Below are positions 43,038 through 55,828 of a stretch of 64,000 nucleotides of DNA, piece by piece. Source of the stretch: Lepidodermella squamata. Taxonomy: Eukaryota > Animalia > Gastrotricha. The position numbers and the translations under genes were made by a program. The notes under the pieces were generated by a model, which was given only the letters and a program-made list of their open reading frames with translations, had not been told where the DNA came from and searched no databases. Every line of letters begins with the position of its first letter. The first letter of the stretch is position 1. Location of the stretch: the NCBI GenBank assembly GCA_047495785.1, contig JBLDXI010000021.1, positions 248,001 to 312,000 on the forward strand, read 5' to 3'.

Positions 43038-44322
43038 TGATTTAATATTATGATGACGCTTTTTGCCTCTATTCATTTTTTTAGCTTCAATCATCGCCGT
43101 CTAACTTGAAAGATGCATGCCAAGTAGAGAAGTTCAACAAAAAAATGGAGCTAGCTGCTAGCCTAAATGATAATATTAGACATTGCTGGTTTTCTACAGC
43201 TGAATTTTTTCAACAAGCGCAGAATTTTTTAAGGACGATTATCAGCTTTCTTCTCTTCACTCGTTTCTCAGCGCGATGGCTCACTATAAAACTGATTAAT
43301 TTCGATGGTTGAGATGTGTACGATACATTTGTGTTTTTTTTACTTCTACGAAAAATCCCAATTTCCTAATAACAAAACTGCGTGTTGTTGATGTAACAAG
43401 CTCCAATTTCAATCAAACCATCAGGGCTGCATTCATTTCGGAAATTTTCTGCCTTTTTGCCTCGCTTTTGTAGCGATCCAGCCTTAGTTAGCGAAGAAAT
43501 ATCACATGTACCTTCATTGTAACGTTTTGTTCGGATTTTCACTAAAAAAACGTGATTTATTTGTCTATGTTGCCGTTTAACCTAATCATCATGATAATAT
43601 CTCTGAAAAACTACCTACTGCGTGCTCAGTTATATAAATATATATCGATGATTGATAATTATTATTCTAATTACTAATATTATTATTATTAGTCCTAGTG
43701 GAATAAAAACCGCCTACTACAAAGAATGAATAAATATATATATTATTACCTTTCGTGTGACGTCGTCGAATATTTTGTGTTTTTTGAAAACAAACGCCGT
43801 CTTTATGATAATAACAACAACAATAAATGTCACTGTGTACGTATTTTTCGTCTCTTGCCATGTGGTTTTTGTCACGGCACAACAAATCACGGCGGCGATG
43901 GGCGAATTTATCTGCATCGTTTTGTCCTAGAATGAAAAAGATGTGCTCGCTCTTTCTCGCTCTATTTCTCATCAGTCTCTCTCTATCTAACGGTATATGA
44001 ATACTTCGTAAATCAGTCTGTGTTGAACGTTTAGGCGATTGTTGGACACGCCTGGCTCTTCGCCTATTCAAGTACGTTTCTTCCTTGTTCTTCGTATCGG
44101 CGCACGAATATTGAAAAAAAAATAAAAGAAGACGGATGCAAAACATTTTGCGTTTTATTGTCATTCATTTATCAACGAAAAATGGATGGGGAATATATAT
44201 GCTTATATAGCTGAGTGGTTAATTTATCAATGAATCCCCAAAAACTGGACGTTTGTGAGGTGTATTAAAAAAATTGCAATCCTCTTTATACATTTGAAAA
44301 TACGTAAAATCCAGCCTAATAA

Positions 44323-45923
44323 TTATTTATTTTGAGATTCTGAAGGTTTTGAGTGAGAAGCACCAGCTTCGCCGCGGGGTCTCGGTAGCAAATGAAGCAG
44401 TTCAATAGGAATCTAGGAATCCAAGATGAGTTCAAAATCAGTCGAAAAATTAGTTGACTTACAGGGAAAATTATAGTCGAGTTCTTTTCGGAGGAAATGG
44501 CAGCCAATGTTTGCATATATCGAAGTTGAAGAGCTCCCGGGGAATCGGCAATGATATCGGCAGCTCTTTTCAGTGCGTAGCTCGCTTTTTGCTCACCCTC
44601 GGCGGCGATAACCCGAGCCAAGGCCTCTCGGGCGGCTTCAGCCTCCGTTGCCATCGCCCGTTGTAGTTGAACAGGTAGCTGGACGTTTTTAATTTCGACT
44701 CGCTCAACTTTAACGCCCCAATTTTCGGTGACATCGTCGAGTAGTGATTGTAAATTTAGCGAGACCGTGTCTCGTTCGCCAAGCAGCTCGGTTAAAGTCC
44801 TGGTTCCGAGTACATTTCGGAGTATAGAAACTGAGACGAGATCGATCGACTTTTCGTAATCGGCTACTCGGACAACAGCTAAAATTGGATTCACTACTCG
44901 GTAACTAAAATTTTGAAGTTTATTAATTAAAAAGTTGTGCCAATATTGCTGAACTTACTACACAACCGCATCGACGGTCACGGTTACCGAATCTTTTGTC
45001 AATATCTGTAATTTCATTTTAGTCTTAAAATTCTAAAATTATGAAAAATCGATCTTACCTCTTGGGGTTCAACATCGTGTGTGTGCGTTCTGAGATCCAC
45101 CAGGACGTATTTATCAATGCAGGGCAAGATGAAAAAAATTCCTGGCCCACGAGGCTTGCGGGTGACGAGATGACCTAACCGGAAAATCACCGCTCTCTCG
45201 TATTCCTGGACAACCTGCGTAAATAATCATAAGAAATTTGAAAAACTATTTTGGTTCAAATAATTTTCATTGAAAAATGTCTGGGACCATGATTTTTAAG
45301 CGGCGTTCCTAAACTCTATTAGGCAAGAGGAAAAAATATTGGCGCGAAATTCTAAAAAATGTTAGAATTTAAGATAATTCCGATTTTAAATGAATCCAAT
45401 AAATCTTGACATACAATAGTTGGAGTTACCTCCGAGAAATGTGAAAAAAATTCCAGTTCGATGACTTTAAATTCTCAATGCTTAGCTCTCACTTACCCTA
45501 ATGGAGAAGAGCACGGCTATCGGGAAGGTTAGAATGAAGAGTAGTATTGAAATCGCCATCAAAAATCCTTCGCAAATGCCATTCGATTCATTTTCAGCTG
45601 TTGTCACGACTAAATATACGAATAATTAATTAAATATTTAAATTCCGCAAGCATTTCCTAGTATTATTACTAGTATCTTCTGTATTGCGTCGTTTGTAAC
45701 TGGAGGTGGTTGACATCATCGACATGATTATCTGCCGTTGTCGCTTGCTGTCTTCGTCCTCCTGATCATCGTACGCTTGATTTCGCTGACCTTGCGGGTT
45801 TACGTTCCGAATAGCCGGCTTTGGCGAACTTTGCGGCGTCGAGGATTCCACTGTGGGTCTCATTTCGATCGCAATTCCCGGCTCTGAATTCTTCTTATGA
45901 TCAGTAGACGTCGACGGCTCCAT
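44323..45923 (-). CDS. STOM: Stomatin / band 7 (SPFH) protein
   Basis: Exons 45923-45671, 45609-45497, 45214-45059, 45005-44959, 44904-44463, 44412-44323. Hydrophobic hairpin ILTFPIA, VVQEYERAVIFRLG, PQEILTKDSVTVTVDAVVYYR, WGVKVERVEIK, ALQLRYMQTL, EKNSTIIFPIP. Exact orthology within the stomatin family is uncertain. Confidence 0.9.
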
Positions 45924-47794
45924 TTAAATTTGGTAAAGAGACTAATAATAATGCCCCATGCCCCTGAGTATGAAATAAATGTAAACCTGAGATGAGTGCG
46001 ACGTGGAAGGGAAAAAAAATCTGGCATTATGGTAAGGATTGGAGGTAATGCGGTTTTAGTACCCTGCATCCATTTCACAATTCAAACCCGCGCTAGGCTA
46101 TAAGCTATTCTTACAGCTCTCTTGGCACGTTTCCGCGTGCAAAAATTAATATGTAGAAAAATTACGACGTATTAACTTAACGAGGATTATTTTTCGTTGC
46201 CTCGTAAGTAATAAGGCACGATGAAGAGAATGAAGCGTAGACACGCTGTTATTTATTGTCATAGTGTTTTGTTATTGTCGTCGCCACAGCGCTGTGTAGT
46301 TCCAGTGAAGAAATCCGCGCCGCTACCTTGCTGCTTCGGTGGCAAAAAATAATGCGTCCGCTATAAGGGGACGACGCGGAGAAGGTATGCGCCGAAAACA
46401 ATGACTCGTAACCTGAAATTACCCGGTGAGGCAGATTCATTTATACTATACCACATTTAACACGCGTGGTTTTTCACGCCAGATGTCCCTACAATCTCGT
46501 AGTTCCTATGAATGATTCCATAAACGGTGATTATTTCTCGAGCACGCCTGTTAAAAATTGCAAATTTTCAACGCAAAAAAAAAACTAGGCGACCAAATTC
46601 GGAAAAGCATTTTATTTTTATTACTTTTAGCTCTTGACAAAATACGGCGCGGTTATTTTACAACAATTATCATCAATCATCGCAATATACTATCATCGCT
46701 TGATTCACCTCGTCATTTCACTGACCTCAACTACGGTAGTAGAATAATATTTTTTACAATTTTGTCGATGAGAAATAGAATATTCAAGATCTATATAGAC
46801 AATATTTATGTTGTCCAGCAAAAAAAACCTGGCAAACAGATTTGTCAGGTGTTTATCGGTATCATATGTCATCATGATTTTTCCGAACACAGCTAAAGCA
46901 AGCGTAACATATACGTCATCATCAGTATAATATTAGCTTACTCAGGTGAAGAAAACGTGAAGAGAGATATTGCGCTGCAAAATATTAGGTAACTTTTGGT
47001 CGGATCATTTTCCTACGCAGTCGCCACAAGCAACGATAAATAAAGAGGAGTCAGTTGAAGGTGTGTAGGTATAACTCACGGCAAATTCGAATTTGACCGA
47101 GAACAAAACATTAACAAAACACTCGATCATTTGCATAATATAAAGCGTTATCGCAGAATATAAAGAAAAGAGAGGGGGAGAGAATAGAGACAACTGATTG
47201 ATTTTTTTTCGACAACACAAACCGGTAGTTATCGTCGTTGGCTAATACACATGATTTTTTTAGTCTTCAAAACGCGCGATTTTTTTGGAATGCAGTGGTC
47301 GAACAATCAATAATATTACTATATATTTTTTTTATCAAAAAATCGTAAAGTTGAAACTGCGGTAAGAAATGAACAGCGGTTATTATTATTTATGATACAA
47401 ACTGAAGTGCAGGCACAATTTTAGTTGAAGGTTTACTCGTAATAATTATTATTATAGGTGCGATGAATAATAGGTAAATAGTATACAATAAACGCTGCTA
47501 ATAAGATATTGCAGTAATTATTCGAGAAATAATTGTTATATATAAATAATTTTTCTCCTACAGCAAACGCAAACAATAATCAATAGCACAGCATTGATCG
47601 CAGTCACAACATTTTGTGGTTTTCATCGTTATCATCAGATCAACCGAAGCGAGACTACGATAGAGAGAGAAGAGAGGTAAAAATGGTGTTCAATATTCAA
47701 GGCGAGTTCTTCAACCCTCAATATTTTTGTTCTATTCACCGACTAGAGGATATGAAAATTTCTCACTATGTATTTTTATGTCGCGTCCCAACTC

Positions 47795-50700
47795 TTAGAG
47801 TAGGCTCGGTTGAATGATTTGGCCGAGGCCGAAATCAGACGGCGTTGAGTAGAGAGAAGCGGCTCCCGAGTCGATGTAAATATAGCTATTACCAGCAGCA
47901 TGTCCAGGTGGGGTCATCGTCAATGATGACGACGCAATTTGCGACGCGTGTTGCTCGAGATGGTGATGGCCCATGTTCGGAATGCCGATGATCGGCAGCG
48001 ACGACGGCGACATGTGCCGCGGTGATTTCGACATGCCAACGCGTGACCGCCGATCACCCTGCGATTCCAGCTCATCAGCATCCGCAAAGCCATCGTCCAA
48101 GTCATCGTCATCCATTTCATCATCGTCGTCGTCACCGCCGATGGTCATCGACGCTGATGAAATGCCGTTGAGACCCTCGTGGCCGCCGCTGTTCTGGCTC
48201 AGGGGCGAGTCGCCCTCGAGTAAACTCGTCGACTGAGCCCGGTCGGACATCGACGTATTACCGCCCATAAAGTTGACAGGGTTGCCCGCCAACATGCCAA
48301 CAGTGCCGTTTCCGCCATTCTTTTGCTGTTCTTTCATCAAAGTTCGGCGATATTTCGCTCTTGCGTTTTGAAACCACACCTAAATACGAAAAAAATATAT
48401 TTAATTTTCAGTTTTCGAAAAATGATGAAATTTCGAATCGCTTTCAATTTTGTCCCAATTTTCAGTTCATTTCATTATCAATGTTTTTTTTTTACCTGAA
48501 GTACTCTCTTCGATAGACCAGTTCGCAGTGCCAGTTGCTTCAAATCTTTCGCGTCAGGGTTGTGATTTTCCGAGAAATATTGCTTCATTATTTTCAATTG
48601 CGTGTGCTTGAAGCTTGTGCGAATGCGTTTGCCTCGCTGCTGCGAGCCTGAATTGGACGACGCCTGGTTCGACGAACCGCCCGACGAGCCGCCCGACGAC
48701 GCCGGCACCTGGCCACCGGCGCCAGCCGCCCCAGGCGCCAAGTCGCCATACTCGCTTCCGGCGGCGTTGAAGTAGTCGCCAACGGCCGACGAGTCGCCGC
48801 TGAGGAAACCCGCATCGCCGAGCTCGCCCGCTGGTGGCAGCGTGGCCAAGTGGTGCGCGGGTACCGTCGAGAGAAGGCCTATTCAGAGAAAAACAGAAAA
48901 TCAGTAGGGGTTGTTGTTATTCTTTGTCGGAAGTGTTGTTATTATTAGTGTCAACGTCACGGGGAGCTGTGTTTTTGGCTCGTGTCAAAACATTGTCGAC
49001 TCAAGAGGCTCATTATTTACGCCTCAAACCAGTGCCAGCCACAAGAACGGATTACACACGTCCTTGTTGACAAAACAATCGGGTGCTGGGCCGGTGATAA
49101 TCCGCGGCTAAGCACCGGCCCACGGGCTATTCGCTACCTAGTCGCGTGTTCGATTGGCGCGGAAGAGACGGCTTAACAGCGCGCGTACGCACGTGCCTAC
49201 GAGGCGCTTGTTAAGCCACCGGATTAGCCCTTTCAATGTCACACAGACAGCCAGTCAAGGCCGAGCCCTGCTAATAACGCAGTCATTTCACAGGCACACG
49301 CCTACATTCCGTTCCGGCCCGCTAAGTAAGCTTGAGTGATGAATTGGAGCTGCACCCGTATTTGCTCAACGCGCTGCCGCTTTTTCTCGAGCGGGCGCGC
49401 GCGTGCGAAGAAATCGCCACGGCAGCAATAAAATGCGTGTGTTTGTTTGTTGTCATAAAAATCGAAGAAGAAGCAGAAGAACGAAAAGAAAGCGCGGGCT
49501 TGGTTCCGACGACGACGACGCCAAGCGCACACCTGCGGCTGGTGCGCGTCGCGTACCTGCGCGCCGGTGTCAAAACGCATGCAAGTTTAATGTCGCTAGT
49601 CAAATAGTTAAACATTGCATATCTATGGCTTATATCCACAAACAAAGTTTATCTTTTCACATCTTTGCGTCTTGACTTCTATCGAAAAGATGAGATGGCG
49701 GCGCTGCTGCTGTGCTGCTGCTGCTGCTGTTCGCCTACAGGCACAAGGATTTGCCCAAACATTTGACAATTGACATTTTTACAACGCCGTGTCGCTAGGT
49801 AAATACTTACTCAGACACCAATGCAACGGCGCCAATGATACCCCCATCAAAATTTTATACCTACCCAAAGACAGCCCGAGTCATAATAATAACATGGCGA
49901 TATCGATATTATTATTATTATTCTCACCCAGCCGCCCAGCAGCTTTTGTGCACCTACAAACAACGCCATCATCACCATCTCCCGATATATTATTTGACTA
50001 CAATAATAACAATAAATACTTGGACAAAATCGCTGGCACTTGAAAGCTGTGAGGCGCAAATAATGTACTCAGACGCACTCGAACGCAACAAGAAAAATCG
50101 AACTCGAGAAAAAAGTGCGCGCAATTAAAAAAGTCCTCCTTAATAATATTGAATAAAAGAAAAAAATAAAGTACCTTGATGCGTATGTCGGTGGACCAGC
50201 GGGTGAGGGCGCTGTGGTTGAGAAGTTGGAGGGGGTGTTATTGATTTGTAAACATGATGCGCCGAATTCGGAACACCATCAGGTTCGGATTTGACGAGTT
50301 CTTGGGGTGAAGACGTCGAAAGTGGGACAGTTTGCTGAAGCGGCGAAACCGGTTGCTGTTGTTGCGTTTGATTATTCTTCTTCTTCGATTTTTGGCCAGA
50401 ATTCTTCGCCGGCCGTTTTGATGTCGCCTTGTAATCACAGTCCATGTCGCTGCCGAAGACGTACGATGTCAAATCGACGTTGCAATTCGTCGCCAACGGC
50501 GCCATTGGCAGTAGAAGAGGCGAGGCTGATGTGCAGATATCGAAGTGTTGTTCGCAGTAGACACTAGTGCCTTGTGTAAAAAACTGCGCGCCCCGCTCGA
50601 GATGCCGGTGGCATAGCGTGCATTTGAAGCATTTCAGGTGGAACAGCAGCGATGCGATACGGCCGTCGATTTCGTTGCGATCAACGACTTGCATGATAAG

Positions 50701-51036
50701 GTCTTGCGGGCCGACCTCGCCCGCGCAACCGGCGCATCGGCAAAACAGGCGTTGGTAATCTTCTCGGCAGTAGATATTACCCGATTTCCAGTAACAACTG
50801 CCTTCGTTCAACGATTCGTGGCACGCGGTGCAGCGTAGACAGTGAACATGCCACGCCTTGCCAACGGCGACTAGATAGTAAAGATCGCAGATTTTAACGT
50901 CACAAGCCGCGCAGATAGGCGCGTCGATGAGTGAAGTCGGTGTCGGGGCCAGCATAGGCAGAGAATCGAGATGATGAAGGGAGGACGGCCCAGCATCGTC
51001 GTTCGCAGCTCCTAGCAAGGCAGCCGAAGTCGGCAT
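47795..51036 (-). CDS. LHX2/9: LIM-homeobox transcription factor Lhx2/9 (apterous)
   Basis: Exons (51062)51036-50175, 48878-48496, 48379-47795. Two LIM domains and homeodomain KRIRTSFKHTQLKIMKQYFSENHNPDAKDLKQLALRTGLSKRVLQVWFQNARAKYRR. An upstream coding exon may exist. Confidence 0.93.
49049..49226. promoter_or_regulatory. Candidate intronic enhancer: cluster of K50-homeodomain motifs
   Basis: GGATTA 49049, TAATCC 49098, GGCTTA 49170, TAAGCC 49212, GGATTA 49221. Confidence 0.45.
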
Positions 51037-51958
51037 GACGCAAGTTGTGTGGGTAGAAATGTCTTGTAATAAAGAGTCTATAAAAGGAATCTCGACATGT
51101 AGGTGTTTGTTCTTCGACAAATTTTCACAAGATGCTGTAACAAAACAAATTTGGTGGCATAGGCAAGTGCCCGCCGACCTGCCTAGGCAAATAGGGGCGC
51201 TGGGAAACGACCGTCGCGTGTCTAAAATTTCGCGATGTCTCGCCAGCCGCGGTCGTAAAATCGGCAGCCGGCTGCTAGCGAACCAGTGCGAACAGATCAT
51301 CAGCTGCAGTAAAATCGTATATAGCCCCGTCTGGCGCGAGAGAAATTAAGTCGTCGAATTTTACCGCTTATAGCTGGTTGGTGCTAGTAGTAGCTAGTAC
51401 CAAACTGGTAGTAAGCGAAACGCACCCGAGGTTGCTACACCTGCGCGCTCCCGCGTCTAAGAAAAACACGGCAGACATAACGGCAAGGAATCAACAGGCG
51501 CAGACGCCCGCCCACCCGCCGTCGTCTAAAAACACGAGATAGCCATCGAGATATATAGCGTTGATACATTACGTAAATTTTGTTATTCCGACAACTAAAC
51601 GGCCGGAGTGGTAGAGTACGCGCACCAGCGCAGCCATGTGTTCTGCTTGTTCTACGTTTCTTTCGCCAGCCAGACTTTGGCAATACGATATATAATATCG
51701 CGTTATAAAAACGGCTCATCTCACTGCAAAAAGTGTGCCAGCTTACGATGTGATAGTAATTAACATGGCAATGTGGCCTATGTCAAGCGCGCGCCTTCGA
51801 AAGTAATAAAAGTTTGAATGAATTAAATATCGTCAGCCGATAAATTCAAGGCTTGTGGTTAAATAGCAATGACGAGGTGTGATACACTTATATTCTCGGT
51901 TTGTGAGGTGTTTGCACACGCGCGCATCCGCACCTACGGTGTAGTGCGCTCTACGCTG

Positions 51959-51981
51959 ATTGGTCCGTGCGAATAGCCAAT
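51959..51981. promoter_or_regulatory. Paired CCAAT (NF-Y) boxes ~0.9 kb upstream of the Lhx2/9 LIM exon
   Basis: ctgATTGG (51959-51963) and agCCAATg (51977-51981) in opposite orientation. Confidence 0.35.
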
Positions 51982-54274
51982 GGGAGAACAGACGCCACCC
52001 TTTCGCTCGCTTGGCAAATATTAGTCATATGCTTTACATTTTAGGTATGGCTATAGCAGCCTTCTTTATAAAACAGCAGCGTTTTTTCGCCGCACCCCTA
52101 CCCGCCCATCTTGCGTCTAATTTTATTAGGCGAAAAAACATCTAGCTCGTTAGCAAGTGGAAAATCAGATAGCGAGTATACCTACCGACTAGGTGCGGAA
52201 TATCAGTATGGACGCGCTCTTTTTCGTTGTTATTTAGCTGAAATTGTTGGCAGATTGATTTTTGCGCGAGCGACCCAGCTCGGCACGTGTCGCTGTCGAC
52301 AGCACGTAGCGCGGCAAGGCGGAGATGGCAATCTGTTCGTGGCTGTTGAAATTTTATACATCTTCTAACGAAGCCAATTTAGCCGCTTCGAACACACGAT
52401 AACATAAGGCGCGCGCATACACAGAGAGGCAACTAGCAACGGGCTCTGTCAAACATGCCACTAGGAATAGGGCGTGTAAATTCCTTCCTGAAAATTTTTC
52501 GAAAAATACGCGACAGTAAAAAGACGATTAACTCACAGATTACTTTGCCGCTGTTCTATTATATCGAGGGTAAAAATGAGGCAAGAAAAAAATACGATGG
52601 CATGTCAACTTTTAATGGTTAATAAGCTAACCGATTGTTAGGTCATCGTCGATCGAAAACGCAATCGAACCGCTTTGTGTGACCCTGAAAGAGCACACGA
52701 GCCGCAGAAGCAATGGCCATGGGGCGTTCTCACTGTTTCCTAACCATGAGCGGGGCGCGTGTCACCGAGAACGCGATCTCGGCATTCGGCTTTTGAAGAC
52801 AGTTTTTTTGCTAGTGATTACGCCATAGCAAGTTAAACGGACCCTCGCTTGCTTATAAAGCAATTTCGCGCGGTTTTCGCCGTGTTTTTTTTCTTCTTTG
52901 GCCATTTTTCTACATGCCTGCTATACAACTCAATGAAACGACTCAATCATTGAATGAGAATTTTCCCAAGAGCCCAAAACACTAGGCTGTTGTCTGCCCT
53001 CATTAATAAGATGCTCGTCAATTTTGGTTTTTATTCGCAGATTTTAATGCCAATTGAAAAGATGACAATTCGTTTCGAGATTTTTCGAGACTCTTTGATT
53101 TTAATTTCGAAGCATCAAGAAATTTTCCGACTTCTCCCAGGTATAATTTCTAGATCTCGAATATCCTAAAGAGTATCTCGTGGCTTGACGGTAAATAATT
53201 GCGACTAGAAAGTAAATTAACAAGGTGAAATTTCCCGATACGTATCGGCTCGTAGCTCCTAGTTGTACGCTATGGTGTCGTAAACTTGGTGAAATAGTAC
53301 ATTCCTGTCTATTCCTCCAAGATGTTGATCGATAGCCTCTCGGTCCGTTATGCTACCTGCGTGCTGCGAGCCCTAACTCAGCTAATTATACGTGTAGAAA
53401 TTTTGTCCTTTACCTGTTCATCCGTCTCATAGTTGAATCTTCAATGCTTCTTCGCAAAGTTTCGAGACGAATTTGCGCGGAATTTGCGCGGCATAGACAC
53501 ATGTCTCAAAATTAGAAATTATTTCTCATCCTGATCTAAATTATACTCCTCAGGGAGGGCTAGACGGCTTCACTAAAGGTAAAAAGAGACTTCTTTAATG
53601 CTAAAGGTCGCGTACATTTTTGAAGTAGAGGGCTTGTTTTGAGGACGTTAAATTAATTAAAATTATAACTCTTGATGCTATTTTAGGCAATTTATGTCTG
53701 ATCAGTTCTTGGGAGAGTTGGGAGATTGATATTGTTTTTTTGACAATTGTGTAACGAGCAGCAATTAGTCGGACATGTATGGGTTTAATGGAACCTGATT
53801 CCCCTCGGTGTACATTTCTTTATTTTGAAACGGGATGAAAATTTGCTTCACATGGAATTACAGCGTTACATCAGCGTCAATAAATTCAGCGTCGAAGTAA
53901 TGTCTCGAAAGTAATGTCTCCTTCACTAATATGAACACGTTCTGTTAAATTCTTGCGGTTCGAACCTATATGCGGTTTGCGATTATTTCACTTTCCGAAA
54001 TTCAAATGGGAGCGTCTCTTCTTCTTGTACTCAATATCGGATACAAAAAAGTAAAAAATTCTGGACAAATGTGAGGATGAAATGGTGGAAATTGTGAAGT
54101 AGCAAACCCGTGGCCTGGCTACATGTGGACAATTTCCAAATACGTATATTCAACATTATTTCCTGTCAATTGGTCGTCGCGCGCGCGGAAGAAAGTGCAA
54201 TGTTTACAAAACGACTTCTTGAGATGAATCGAAAAGATTTATTTATCAAACTTTGATAATTTCTCCAAATCGGA

Positions 54275-55110
54275 ATTACCTGTAAAAGTTGTCACCTTTT
54301 ACATTTACTGCATTATTACCTGTAGCTAATGTGTGGCTAAGGTGACCCCGCTCTTTCAAATGGCGCCATCCCTTTCTGCGTAGGACGCGCAATTTTTGCG
54401 CTACAGGTAAAAATGGACATAGCTTTTTGGCTATTACGCGTGAAAACATGGTTTGCTGGCGCCTCATTCTTCTTCGCGATCCCCACATTTTTAGTGCACG
54501 GATTTTCAATTACCTATCTTTTTCATCATTAAGGGGCCTGATAAGACGATTCGCAAAAGATTAGCTTATTCATTAAGTGCCGAGGCCGTTTACTAAAATG
54601 GGACAAGTTCGCGCTTATCGGCATGTATTAGCAATGAATCATTCACTTGTGAATATTGATATGAGCCATTGGCCGCCAATAATTTTTTCGAATAATGCCC
54701 CCTAAAACGACGACCCCAGTGGATATAAATCTTGGTCTTCGACATGTCGACGAAATCCGAGTCTTAGTCTACTTGGCTCAAGGGGGTGCGTGTTGGAGAT
54801 ATTCGCCGTCATAGACTTGTTGTTTATTGCTTTGTCGTGAATGATGGATTGATGGCTATTAAGTTAATGGCTATGAGGTCATGAGGTTAATGGCTATACA
54901 CTTATTTTTGGACTTGAGTAATTTAAGTAATATAAATCTTTTGATGAATAATTTTGAAACCGGGTTTTCAAATTACTGACGTATATTATGAATCCGTCAA
55001 TAAGTCATTTTCGGCCGAATATGGACATAGCTTTTTTTCCGCGCTCATGACGAATAGCTTGGTCATCGTAGCGCTGTCCGAAATGAGAGTCCCCACAATG
55101 TCCAAAGTTG
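54275..55110. repeat. Two related short repeats / MITE-like remnants
   Basis: atggacatagcttttt at ~54413 and 55021, each followed ~50-55 nt later by tccccaca; inverted repeat ttacctgtagc (54316-54326) / gctacaggtaa (54400-54410). Confidence 0.5.
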
Positions 55111-55828
55111 GACAAAAATCAACTGAAAAATCAGCTCACCGAGAATTGAATTGAATTCAATATGACCTAGTTGTGTGTTCTGCATTTTTTCTTTTCACCA
55201 TTTGATAACTTTTGCAGCAAATCTGCGTCGCCTCCAACCTTGATCCCTGGCTAATGATTTCTCCTGAATTTCAAGCAATTCAAGGTCCATTAACAAAATT
55301 GAGTAAAAAAAAGCCATAAGTCGGGTTTATATAATAATAAGCTTTATTATTTTGAGGTTACACAACGAAGCTAGAATAATTGCAAGCAAAATAAACAACG
55401 ATTTCAACGAGATATGACGATTATAACAACTTTACGAGAAGTAATCAGGCATAATTTAGCTGAAAATGATCACAATTCAATTATAAAGCAGGAATAGATA
55501 ATATGTCATTATTACCGAGGAAAATCAAGTATGGCCGACACAACGTCTCGAAGTGTTTATTCATGAAAATAAAGCAGCAGAAAATTGTTTATCACGTTTT
55601 CATCACTTCGTTTTTATTCACTCGAAAGAAAAAATAGAAATAAGTATAACAACCATTGTCGATTTTTTTAATCTTTATCAAAGCAGTCAGCTTGATTACA
55701 TGCAGGATAGCTTTGCAATTGACTTTCAACAAAACCAGCATTACGCATTCCAAATAAATTTATAAAGCACATCAATAACAAAATTTGTATTCAAGGTCCT
55801 TTCAAGTGTTTTCAAGGCAATGAGTTAT

